A stretch of DNA of 64,000 bases, taken from positions 146,536 to 210,535 of the forward strand of contig CAVXMB010000005.1 of assembly GCA_963762745.1 (NCBI GenBank). The letters run 5' to 3'. The position numbers and the translations under genes are program-made. Position 1 is the first letter of the stretch, and each line of letters starts with the position of its first letter. Of the stretch, positions 49,064 to 58,127 are shown one piece after another. This DNA comes from an uncultured Actinomycetota bacterium (GTDB lineage Bacteria; Actinomycetota; UBA4738; HRBIN12). Below the pieces are notes generated by a model. That model was given only the letters and a program-made list of their open reading frames with translations, had not been told where the DNA came from and did not search any database.

Positions 49064-49942
49064 ATGTTCCCGTGGCCGGAAGGGAAACGCGCCGCGCTCG
49101 CCGTGACGTTCGACATGGATGCCGAGGCAGCCGTGCTCGCCGTCGACGAGAAGTACGCTCGACGCCCGTCGATCATGACCCATCAGCAGTACGGACCGGT
49201 GACGGCGGTCCCTCGCCTGCTCAAGCTGATGGAGGCCCTGGAGATCCGCACCAGCTTCTTCATCCCCGGCTTCTCGGCGGAGCGGCATCCGTGGACCGTG
49301 AAAGCGATCGTGGCGGCGGGACACGAGATCTGCCACCACGGCTACCTCCATCGTCCGCCCGGCCTGATCGACGCGGCGACGGAACGAGCGGAGCTGGAAC
49401 GGGGCCTGGAGGCCCTGGAACGCACCGCGGACATCCGCCCGACCGTCTTCCGGGCACCATGGTGGGAGACGTCGGACGTGACGCTCGATCTGCTCGCCGA
49501 GTACGGGTTCACGTGCGACTCGAGCCTGTTCGACCGCGACGAGCCCTATCGCCTCGCCGTCGGAGCGTCCGAGCTCATCGAGGTGCCGATCTCCTGGGCC
49601 CTGGACGACTGGGAGAAGTACGCGTTCCTCCCGGATCCGCCCACCGGGTCCGGTGTGATCGAGCCACCCGCGCGGGTCCTCGAGACCTGGTGGGAAGAGA
49701 TCGAGGCGTACCTGGAGGTCGGCGGGTGCTGCGTGTTGACCATGCATCCGTTCCTGTCGGGCCGGCCGGCACGAGCGCTCGCGCTCGGACGCTTGTTGGA
49801 GCGAGCGAAAGCGGTGCCGGAGCTCTGGATCGCGACGATCGGAGAGATCGCAGCGCACACCAGCGCGTCGGACGTGCCGGCACGGACCTTGTCGTTGCCC
49901 GTCATCGGAGAGGGGCCGGCGGAGCCGGTTCCCGGATCGTAG
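49064..49942 (+). CDS. Polysaccharide deacetylase-fold (CE4, PuuE/HpPgdA-like) hydrolase
   Basis: WPEGKRAAL.VTFDMD, YG..AVPRLL, HEICHHGYLH, FRAP, DDW, LTMHP. Confidence 0.88.
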   Translation: MFPWPEGKRAALAVTFDMDAEAAVLAVDEKYARRPSIMTHQQYGPVTAVPRLLKLMEALEIRTSFFIPGFSAERHPWTVKAIVAAGHEICHHGYLHRPPGLIDAATERAELERGLEALERTADIRPTVFRAPWWETSDVTLDLLAEYGFTCDSSLFDRDEPYRLAVGASELIEVPISWALDDWEKYAFLPDPPTGSGVIEPPARVLETWWEEIEAYLEVGGCCVLTMHPFLSGRPARALALGRLLERAKAVPELWIATIGEIAAHTSASDVPARTLSLPVIGEGPAEPVPGS

Positions 49943-49953
49943 AGGGGAGACCA

Positions 49954-51396
49954 GTGGAAACGAACCGCGAGGAGCATCCGACGTTGGAGGACGAAAGCGG
50001 CAATCCCGTCTACGGGCTGGAGCGGCGGGGAGTCGACTACGTCCCGGAGCACGAACGCAAGATGACGCTCCGGAACCTGACCGTGTTCTGGATCGGAACG
50101 AATCTCTATCCGTTCAACATCGTTCTCGGCGTGCTCGCATACACGCTCGGTCTGTCCGTCTGGCTCACCCTCCTGACCCTCACGGCCGGGATCCTGCTCA
50201 GCTACTGGCTCGTGGGGCTCACGTCGATCCCGCCCGCGAGGGCGGGGATCCCCACCATGGCGGTCAGTCGCGCGCCGTACGGCCTGCGCTTCGCCCGCAT
50301 CAACGCCGCGCTCGCGTGGCTCGTCGGGATCTTGTTCGAGATCATCAATGCCTCGATCGGCGTCTTCGCCGTGCTGGCGCTCTTCGCCTTCCTGGGCTGG
50401 GACGACTCCGGAACGACGGGAAAGCTGATCGGGCTCGCGTTCGTGTACGCGCTCTCCGTGCTCCTCGCGTTCCTCGGACACGGCACCATCGTCCACGTCC
50501 AGCGGTTCTTCTCGATCGCCCTCGGGGTGATCTCGATCGTCGTCCTCGTCGAGGCGCTTCCCGACCTCGATCTCGCTGCGAGCCTGGGCGGGGAGTACGA
50601 CCTCTGGGGCACCCTGTCGGCGATGGCGATAATCCTCGGGATCGTGATCGCGGGCCATGTCGCCTACGTGATCGCGGCTGCCGACTACCCGCGATACCTG
50701 CCGAGCGACACACCCGCGGGCAGCATCGTTCGAACCGTGCTGTTGTCGGCGGGTGGCTCGGGCCTGCTGCTCGGCATCGTGGGCATCCTGCTGGCCTCCC
50801 AGACGGACGCGGACCTCGTGGTCGACACCTTCGGTGGCGTCGAGTCGATCATGCCGTCGTGGGTGTACCTGCCCTTCCTCCTCGCCGCGATCGGCGGGTC
50901 ACTGACGAACCTGATGCTGACGATGTATTCGGCGGGTCTCGCCGCACAGGCGGCGGGGCTCCCGATCAAGCGCTACCACGCGGTGATGGTCGACGCGGTC
51001 CTCGCGACGATCGGGCTGATCTACGTGCTCTTCTTCGACGAGGCCCTCCTCACCACGATCAACGACATCGTCGTGAACACGATCATCTGGATCGGTCCCT
51101 GGGGCGTGATCTGGATCTACGACGCCTGGCGTCGGAACTGGAACATCGATCCCGTGGCGGCGCACGGTGGTCCGGAGAGCCCGTACTGGGGCTCGGGAGG
51201 GGTGTACTGGCCCGGGGCGATCGCATTGATCGCCGGGATGATCGCGGCCTGGGCAACGATCAGCGTGCCCCGCTACGCAGGCCCGGTCTCCGAGAACCTC
51301 CTCAACTTCACGGACCTGTCCTGGCTGGCTGGCCCTCTGGTCGCGTTGGCCGTCTTCATACCCTTCGACCGGGCGCAGCGGCCCAGCGTGCGCTGA
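49954..51396 (+). CDS. NCS1 purine/cytosine permease family transporter
   Basis: ERRGVDYVPEHER, W.G.N, GIPTM..SRAPYG, ADYPRYLP, MYSAGL. Confidence 0.88.
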   Translation: METNREEHPTLEDESGNPVYGLERRGVDYVPEHERKMTLRNLTVFWIGTNLYPFNIVLGVLAYTLGLSVWLTLLTLTAGILLSYWLVGLTSIPPARAGIPTMAVSRAPYGLRFARINAALAWLVGILFEIINASIGVFAVLALFAFLGWDDSGTTGKLIGLAFVYALSVLLAFLGHGTIVHVQRFFSIALGVISIVVLVEALPDLDLAASLGGEYDLWGTLSAMAIILGIVIAGHVAYVIAAADYPRYLPSDTPAGSIVRTVLLSAGGSGLLLGIVGILLASQTDADLVVDTFGGVESIMPSWVYLPFLLAAIGGSLTNLMLTMYSAGLAAQAAGLPIKRYHAVMVDAVLATIGLIYVLFFDEALLTTINDIVVNTIIWIGPWGVIWIYDAWRRNWNIDPVAAHGGPESPYWGSGGVYWPGAIALIAGMIAAWATISVPRYAGPVSENLLNFTDLSWLAGPLVALAVFIPFDRAQRPSVR

Positions 51397-51397
51397 G

Positions 51398-52081
51398 GTG
51401 GCCGTCGCCGTCATCACGGGAGCGGCCTCCGGTCTGGGGGCGGCCACCGCGAGGCGCCTCCGCAAGGAGGGCCTTTCGGTCGCCGGCCTCGACCTCCACG
51501 CGGCCGCGGACGTCGACCTCGCGTTCGAGGTCGACGTCCGGGACGGGGCCGCGATCGAGGACGCGGTCGCCCGGACCGAGGCTGAGCTCGGTCCGGTCGA
51601 CCACCTGATGACCGCGGCCGGCGTCTACGAGCTCTTCCCCCTCGGGGGCATCGGACCCGATCGCTGGCGGCGGATGATGGCCATCCACATCGACGGGACG
51701 GCGAACGCGTGCCGAAGCGTCTACCCCGGGATGAAGGGTCGAGGCAGGGGTTCGATCGTCACGATCGGCAGCGAGCTCGGCTTGATGGGCGATCCGGAGG
51801 CCGCACACTACGCGGCCGCGAAGGGAGCGATCCACGCCTTCTCGAAGAGCCTCGCGATGGAGGCGGTGACGCACGGCATCCGCGTGAACTGCGTCGCGCC
51901 GGGTCCGGCCGACACACCGTTGTTGAAGCAGGAGATGCGCTCCCCGGAGTACGTCAACTCATTGGTGCTGGAGCGGATCGTCAAGCCGGAGGAGGTCGCG
52001 GACACCGTGGCGTTCCTGATGCTCGAGGAGCACAACTTCGTGGGAGCCGTGCTCTCGCCGAATGCGGGAGCCGTGGTCTGA
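51398..52081 (+). CDS. SDR oxidoreductase
   Basis: TGAASGLG, S, YAAAK, VAPGP. Confidence 0.9.
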   Translation: MAVAVITGAASGLGAATARRLRKEGLSVAGLDLHAAADVDLAFEVDVRDGAAIEDAVARTEAELGPVDHLMTAAGVYELFPLGGIGPDRWRRMMAIHIDGTANACRSVYPGMKGRGRGSIVTIGSELGLMGDPEAAHYAAAKGAIHAFSKSLAMEAVTHGIRVNCVAPGPADTPLLKQEMRSPEYVNSLVLERIVKPEEVADTVAFLMLEEHNFVGAVLSPNAGAVV

Positions 52082-52083
52082 GG

Positions 52084-52851
52084 ATGCGCCACGACGGGAT
52101 CGACGGCCGCGTCGCGCTCGTGACCGGCGCCGGCCAGGGGATGGGTCGGGCCATCGCCGAACGGCTCGCCACCGAGGGGGCGAAGGTCGCGGCCAACGAC
52201 CTCAACCCCGAGACGGCGCAGGCGACCGCGGAAGCGGTGGGAGGGATCGCGGTGCCCTTCGACGTCTCCGACCCCGATGCCGTCGATGCCGGCATCGCCG
52301 ACGTCGAGAGCCGACTCGGTCCCGTCGAGATCCTCGTGGCGAACCACGCGTTCATGACGATGGCCCCCTTCGAGGAGGAGTCCCCGGAGCACTGGCGCCG
52401 CATCCTCGACGTGAACCTCTTCGGAACGGGCATGTTGATCGAACGGTGCGCTCCCGGCATGGCCGACCGAGGGTTCGGCCGGATCGTCGTGATCGCATCC
52501 GAATGGGGCGCGATCGGCTGGCCCAACGCGACTGCCTACGCTGCTTCGAAGGGCGGGTTGATCAGTCTGGTGAAGAGCGTGGCTCGGGCGGTCGGCGTCA
52601 AAGGCGTGTCGGTGAACGCGATCGCTCCGGGCGTCACGGACACGCCGCAGCTCGACGTGGACGCCCTGGACGCCGGTGTCTCCCACGAAGAGATCGTGCG
52701 GCGCTACGGGGAGGACATCCCGCTCGGGCGGGTCGGCCGGCCGGAGGAGATCGCGGCGGCGGTCGCGTTCTTGTGCTCGACGAACGCAGAGGCGTTCGTG
52801 GGTCAGGTCCTGCATCCGAACGGCGGCACGACGCGGGTGTGGGGGATCTGA
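52084..52851 (+). CDS. SDR oxidoreductase
   Basis: TGAGQGMG, YAASK, IAPG, GQVLHPNGG. Confidence 0.9.
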   Translation: MRHDGIDGRVALVTGAGQGMGRAIAERLATEGAKVAANDLNPETAQATAEAVGGIAVPFDVSDPDAVDAGIADVESRLGPVEILVANHAFMTMAPFEEESPEHWRRILDVNLFGTGMLIERCAPGMADRGFGRIVVIASEWGAIGWPNATAYAASKGGLISLVKSVARAVGVKGVSVNAIAPGVTDTPQLDVDALDAGVSHEEIVRRYGEDIPLGRVGRPEEIAAAVAFLCSTNAEAFVGQVLHPNGGTTRVWGI

Positions 52852-53762
52852 TGGCAGGTGCCGTCCTCGTCACCGGCGGACTGGGCTATGTCGGTCGACA
52901 CCTCGTCGCCGCGCTCGCGGACCGAGGGGAACGGGTCATCAGCTACAACCGCGACTACGCGGAGGGCTCGCCTCCCGGTGTGGAGTTCGTCCAAGGTGAG
53001 CTCTACGACATCCCGCGTCTCGTCGACACGTTCTCCCGTCACGACGTCGACCGCGTGATCCACACGGCGGCGATGTCGCATCCCGACCTGTCGATCGACC
53101 TGCCGATCACGACGTTCACGGCCAACGTCGACGGGACCCTGCATCTGCTCGAGGCGGCTCGGATGGCGGACGTGAAGCGGCTGGTGAACTTCTCGTCCGA
53201 ATGCGCCTACGGCAACGTCGACGGTCCGGTGAACGAGGACTCGCCGCTGCGTCCGACGACGCCCTACGGCGTCACGAAGGTCACGACGGAGTTGCTGAGC
53301 GGCGTCTACAACGACCTCTACGGGCGGGACATCATCTCGCTCCGGGTGACCGAGGTGTACGGACCCGGGAACAAGATGCCGGAGATCCTGCGGGACATCA
53401 TCCGCCCCGCGCTGGTCGGCGAGCCGTTCGTGATGGAGACCGGGGGCGACCACGGGTTCCATTTCGTGCACGTGCGAGACGTCGCGCGCGCCGCGATCCT
53501 CGCAGCGGACAGCGACTCGCCCGAACGGCCGGTCTTCAACATCACGGGTGGGTCGCAGGTGACGTTGCGCCAGGCTGGGGAGATGATCTCGGCTCTCATC
53601 CCCGGTGCCCGGATCGAGATCGGTCCGGGCTATTGGCACCTGGACCGGCAAGGTCCATGGGACATCACAGCTGCGGCTCGGGATCTCGGATACAAGCCCG
53701 ACCATCCGTTGGAGCGAGGGCTCCCCGACTACGTGGCATGGCTCCGAGAGCACGAGTACTGA
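52851..53762 (+). CDS. NAD-dependent epimerase/dehydratase (extended SDR)
   Basis: VTGGLGYVG, HTAA, SSECAYG, YGVTK, FVHVRDVA. Confidence 0.9.
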   Translation: MAGAVLVTGGLGYVGRHLVAALADRGERVISYNRDYAEGSPPGVEFVQGELYDIPRLVDTFSRHDVDRVIHTAAMSHPDLSIDLPITTFTANVDGTLHLLEAARMADVKRLVNFSSECAYGNVDGPVNEDSPLRPTTPYGVTKVTTELLSGVYNDLYGRDIISLRVTEVYGPGNKMPEILRDIIRPALVGEPFVMETGGDHGFHFVHVRDVARAAILAADSDSPERPVFNITGGSQVTLRQAGEMISALIPGARIEIGPGYWHLDRQGPWDITAAARDLGYKPDHPLERGLPDYVAWLREHEY

Positions 53763-53771
53763 GCCTAGCCA

Positions 53772-54170
53772 TCAGTCGTTCTTGTCTTTCCCCTTGCCGT
53801 TTCCCTTGTCCTCGTCCTTGCCGTGGCCCTCGTCATCGTCCGCTTCTTCCTCTTGGACCGGAGAAGGGCTCGGCGCTTCCGACTCCGAAGGCGCGAGGAG
53901 ACGGAGCTGCACATCCACGACCTGGGCCGACTCGAGGACCTCCAGGGCCCATGCCTCGTCGATCAGTCCCTGGTCGAGCCGCGACGTCACCGACGCGACC
54001 AGGTTCTCGAGCCGGTCGCGCGCGAGGCCCGGCTTCCCTTCCTCCGCGAGGTCTCGGATCGAGGCCACCCGTTCCCGCAACCTCGTCTCGAAGCTCGCCG
54101 GCGGATCGTTCCGACCGCAGGAGCTCACCAGGATCGCGACGATGCCGAGCGTGATCACCACTCGTCTCAT
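53772..54170 (-). CDS. Small lipoprotein with an acidic and Lys/Gly-rich tail
   Basis: VSSC lipobox-like motif; ATGA overlap with the kinase stop. Confidence 0.72.
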   Translation of the reverse strand: MRRVVITLGIVAILVSSCGRNDPPASFETRLRERVASIRDLAEEGKPGLARDRLENLVASVTSRLDQGLIDEAWALEVLESAQVVDVQLRLLAPSESEAPSPSPVQEEEADDDEGHGKDEDKGNGKGKDKND

Positions 54171-55375
54171 CGCTCGACGGACTCCTCGAGCCGGGTCAGG
54201 GCATCCTCGAGCGGCGCCGGCAGGGATGAGGAGCCTGTTCCTTGATCGGGCGGCGTGCCGCTCCGGCCGGTGAAGGCGGCGACCGCGAAGACGGTGACGA
54301 GCACCAGGACGAGGATGGCGCCCGCGACGATCATCGCGGTCTTCGACGGGAGACGCCGCGGTCCTTCCGGCTCCGATGCCGGTGCCTGGTACGGCAGGCG
54401 AGCGGTCTGGTCCATCCGAGGCATGCGGACGGTCTCGTTCCCGTCCACCGCCATCTCGGTCTCCGGCTCGGTCTCGGGCTCGGTGTCGGTCGGCGGCAGC
54501 GGCGTCGTGACCGGCGCGGCGATCGCGGCCGTGACGTCTGTCGTCTCAGGTGCGTCCTCTGCGAGGAGCGCGGCCGCCATCGCCTCCGCGCTCTCGTAGC
54601 GCTCGGCCGGATCACGCCGCATCGCGCGCTCGATCACGGCGACGATGTCTGGATCCGCGCCCGGCAGGGCCGACGTCGGCGGCTCGAACTCGCCCTCGCG
54701 GATCGCGGTGGCGAGCGCGAACGGGTCGTCACCCTCGAACGGCTTCCGGCCGCAGAGCGCTTCGTACAGGAGCACCCCGACGGCGTACAGGTCGCTCGCC
54801 GGGCTCGCCGGCACTCCTTCGATGCGCTCGGGCGCAAGGTAGGAAGGGCTCCCCATCAGCTCGCCGGTCCCCGTGAGGGTCTCGTCCGCATGGACCCACT
54901 TGGCGATGCCGAAGTCGGCGACCTTCCACGTGCCGACTCCGGCGTCCAGGACGTTCCCGGGCTTCACGTCCCTGTGGACGATCCCGAGCTCGTGCGCCGC
55001 CGCGAGCGCCCGAAGCACCTGGAGGCCCACATCTCGCACCCGCTCGGGCGGCATCGGGCCGTCGGCCAGCTCGTCTCCCAGGGTGCGACCGGAGAGCCGC
55101 TCCATGACGACGAACGGCCGTCCATCCTGCTCACCGGTGTCGAGCACGCCGACGACGTGAGGATGGGTCAGACGTGCGGCGAGCCGGGCCTCCGCGACGA
55201 CCCGCTCGCGCATGCCGTCCTGCTCTGCGAGGTCCGCGCGAAGGAGCTTGAGAGCGACCTCTCTGTCGAGCCGGAGATCGTGGGCTGCGAAGACCTCGCC
55301 CATACCGCCGTGACCGATCCGCTCGCCCAGTCGATAGCGCCCGCCGACGGTTTCCACCTGATCAGTAGAGGACAT
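54167..55375 (-). CDS. Hanks-type Ser/Thr protein kinase with a C-terminal TM helix
   Basis: GHGGMGEV, VALK, HRDVKPGN, DFGIA, YLAPE, SDLYAVG. Confidence 0.95.
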   Translation of the reverse strand: MSSTDQVETVGGRYRLGERIGHGGMGEVFAAHDLRLDREVALKLLRADLAEQDGMRERVVAEARLAARLTHPHVVGVLDTGEQDGRPFVVMERLSGRTLGDELADGPMPPERVRDVGLQVLRALAAAHELGIVHRDVKPGNVLDAGVGTWKVADFGIAKWVHADETLTGTGELMGSPSYLAPERIEGVPASPASDLYAVGVLLYEALCGRKPFEGDDPFALATAIREGEFEPPTSALPGADPDIVAVIERAMRRDPAERYESAEAMAAALLAEDAPETTDVTAAIAAPVTTPLPPTDTEPETEPETEMAVDGNETVRMPRMDQTARLPYQAPASEPEGPRRLPSKTAMIVAGAILVLVLVTVFAVAAFTGRSGTPPDQGTGSSSLPAPLEDALTRLEESVER

Positions 55376-55451
55376 CCAGAAGAACTTTCCCTCAGAACTC
55401 CTTCCCTACACATCGTCCGGGCCGCGGGCCCGAGGCGCCCGCGGCGCTCCC

Positions 55452-57995
55452 TCAGCGAAGGCTCAGAGATCGCACGGCGACTCCGCGATCGGCGAGGGCG
55501 CCGGCGAGCGTGGCCACGAACGGATGTTCCTCCGCCGACAGCTCTCGCGGGTTCGCCAGGAGGAACAAGACGCCGCCCGACGCACGGACCCGAACCCACC
55601 GAGCACCGAGCTCGGTGAGCACGTCCGCGGTGATTCGCGTATCCCTTGCGGCGACGGTCAGCCGGAAGGGCGACGCGATCTGGGGCAGACGGAGGGCGGC
55701 CGCGCGGGCCACCCGCTCCTGCTCCGCCCGTGCGGGCGAACCGGCCCGCGCAGCCGCCGCGAAGGGGTCGGGACCGGCGATCGCGTTCCACAGGATCCGC
55801 TGGGTGCCGTCCGTCCATCCGCGGAACACGGGGTCGAACGTGAAGATCGTCGCCCGGCCCTGGCCGACGGCCTCATCGACCACGGCCGACGTCCCGGCGA
55901 GCTGCTCGGCACCGCTGTCGAGGCCGGACACGAAGAAGTCCTCGCTCGACGCGTCCGGGAAGACGGCGGCCTCCTCGCCCCTGCCGGGTGCCATCACGGG
56001 GTCGTCCTCGAACATCGCCCAGGCGAACGGTCCGACGCCGGCGGCGAGCGGACCGGTCTCGTCCATCGCGATCCGCACGAGGCTCCCGGGCATGTTCGTG
56101 TGCGCCAGCTGCAACACGGCCGTGGACGCGCCGATCCGCGTAGCCACCTCGGCGCTCCCCTCCCATGCGATCAGTCGGCCACCGCCGTTGACCCACGCGA
56201 CGAGCGCCTTCTTCCCCTTGGCGCCGAGCGCCTGCAGGGCGTAGTTCGGGTACCCGTCGGGCATCACGAGGACGTCGTGGTCGGAGAGCGCTCCTCCCAC
56301 GATGTCGCCTCCCGTGACCGTCTCGAAGGGCAGGTCCCACACTTCGTCGAAGAGCCAGCGGACGGCGCCGCGGGACTCGAGCGCCGTGGCGCCGGGACCC
56401 TCGAACACCGCGACGGACGTCGAGCCGGATGCGTCGAACGGCCACGCCGGCTCGTCCAGCGCCTCGACCGGCGCTCCCACCGGATCCAGATCGGATCCCG
56501 TGAACCCGCCGGGCACGTTCATCAGCAGCGGGTTGCTCCACCCGGTGACGTCGTAGGTCACGTCGTGCGGGATGTAGGTGTCCTCGTTCAGCATCGACTG
56601 CACCCAGTGTTTCCGGGCTTGCGCCAAGGGGATCCAGTAGGTCCCCACGGGGAGCGTCGTGCTCGTGGGAGCGCGGCCGTACGCGCGGAAGTCAGGCACT
56701 GTGAGCGGTTCCGTCAGCCGGGAGAGCTCGACGTCCATCCGCTGCAGCCGTCGGACCAGCCGCTGCACCTCGTACGCCTTCGAAGGATCGTCGCGGAGGA
56801 AGTAGTGGCGGACCACCGCCCCCGTGGGCGGCTGCTCGAGCACGCGGTGTCCCTTCTGGAAGACGAAGTTCCGCTCGAGCGTTCCTGCCGCTCCCTCCGC
56901 CGCGGCGTCGACCCACGAGGTGTGCCAGTCCTGGAGGATCTCGTCCTTGTTCGATGCCGCCTCGAAGACCGAGACGACCGAGGTCACGTACTGCTCGTAC
57001 ATCCGCACGGGGAGCGGGTCACTGCTCTGCTTCTCGAACGTCATCCCGGCCCCGTGGAACGCGACCGTCGGCACCGTGTCCCCGTAGAACACGCCGAAGA
57101 AATCGTACGGCTCGTAGTTGAAGTAGCGGATCCGCTGCCGGTCGAACTCGGCCGCCATCGCCGGGCCGTAGATCCCGTTGATCCAGTCGTTCGAGATGTC
57201 CGCGATCTCGTGATAGACGGGGTCGGAGTTCGGCGGGAAGAAGTACGTGTACGAGCCCATCTCGTGCACATCGAGGTCCAGCACCGGTGGCAGCTGTCGC
57301 AGGAGCTCGAGCTTCGCGTCGGTCTCCGGTTGGGTCCGAGCGAACCAGTCGCGGTTCATGTCGATGTCGTAGGCGTTCCTGCGCGTATCCGCTTCGCGGC
57401 CGTCAGGGTTCTGCACCGGCATGATCACGACGAGGGTGTTGTCGAGGATCGTGTCGGACACGCAATCGTCCCGGTCGGCGAGCTCGTAGAGCAGCTGGAG
57501 CGAGGACTCGGTGCCGCTCTCCTCGCCACCGTGGACGTTCGCCTGCACGAGCAGGATCGCGGGCGTGGATGCCGCGAGCGCCTCCGCCTCGGCGGCGGAC
57601 GTGTCCGGGTCGCGCAGCTGATCGATCGCCGCCCTGACCGCCGTGAGGCCGTCCTCCGTGACGTGCTCGGGTGCGCCGACGATCGCGTAGCGGAGCGGGC
57701 GTCCCTGGACGGAGAACCCCGCGGTGCCGCTCGTCACCCGGTCGCTGGCTTCGTCGACCGCATCGATGTACGCATCCGACTCCGCCACGGTGATCTCCCG
57801 CGAACCGAGCGCGGGAAGTGCTTCGCCGCCGAGCTCGGCCTCCTCCGATCTCGGCACCTCTTCGGTGAAGAGGGGTTCCGTCAGGATCGGATGACACGCC
57901 GCCTGGGCCGCCACCGGGCCGACGGAGAGACCGCCGACCACCAGGAACAAGACGAGCGGGACCGCCGGGAGCCGTTTCGGGATGCGTCGAGACAT
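55452..57995 (-). CDS. Secreted M14 family zinc carboxypeptidase
   Basis: Signal peptide; VHGGE (HxxE), QNPDG, DMNRD, DVHE, YDVTGWS; AGGAGG RBS. Confidence 0.88.
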   Translation of the reverse strand: MSRRIPKRLPAVPLVLFLVVGGLSVGPVAAQAACHPILTEPLFTEEVPRSEEAELGGEALPALGSREITVAESDAYIDAVDEASDRVTSGTAGFSVQGRPLRYAIVGAPEHVTEDGLTAVRAAIDQLRDPDTSAAEAEALAASTPAILLVQANVHGGEESGTESSLQLLYELADRDDCVSDTILDNTLVVIMPVQNPDGREADTRRNAYDIDMNRDWFARTQPETDAKLELLRQLPPVLDLDVHEMGSYTYFFPPNSDPVYHEIADISNDWINGIYGPAMAAEFDRQRIRYFNYEPYDFFGVFYGDTVPTVAFHGAGMTFEKQSSDPLPVRMYEQYVTSVVSVFEAASNKDEILQDWHTSWVDAAAEGAAGTLERNFVFQKGHRVLEQPPTGAVVRHYFLRDDPSKAYEVQRLVRRLQRMDVELSRLTEPLTVPDFRAYGRAPTSTTLPVGTYWIPLAQARKHWVQSMLNEDTYIPHDVTYDVTGWSNPLLMNVPGGFTGSDLDPVGAPVEALDEPAWPFDASGSTSVAVFEGPGATALESRGAVRWLFDEVWDLPFETVTGGDIVGGALSDHDVLVMPDGYPNYALQALGAKGKKALVAWVNGGGRLIAWEGSAEVATRIGASTAVLQLAHTNMPGSLVRIAMDETGPLAAGVGPFAWAMFEDDPVMAPGRGEEAAVFPDASSEDFFVSGLDSGAEQLAGTSAVVDEAVGQGRATIFTFDPVFRGWTDGTQRILWNAIAGPDPFAAAARAGSPARAEQERVARAAALRLPQIASPFRLTVAARDTRITADVLTELGARWVRVRASGGVLFLLANPRELSAEEHPFVATLAGALADRGVAVRSLSLR

Positions 57996-58127
57996 CGATC
58001 CTCCTGGTGGGTTCGGGGGTACCCAAGCTTCGAGGTCCCCCGGGCGCTGCGTCAACCTCCCAGCTGGGCCGCTACGAGGCAGCGCGAGGCTCGATAGCAT
58101 CAGCTGTCAAGAAGCGTGAGGAGGCCG

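Noticed and set aside
54455-54490. Short repeat inside the kinase gene
   Set aside because: Encodes an ordinary low-complexity TEPETEPETE linker.
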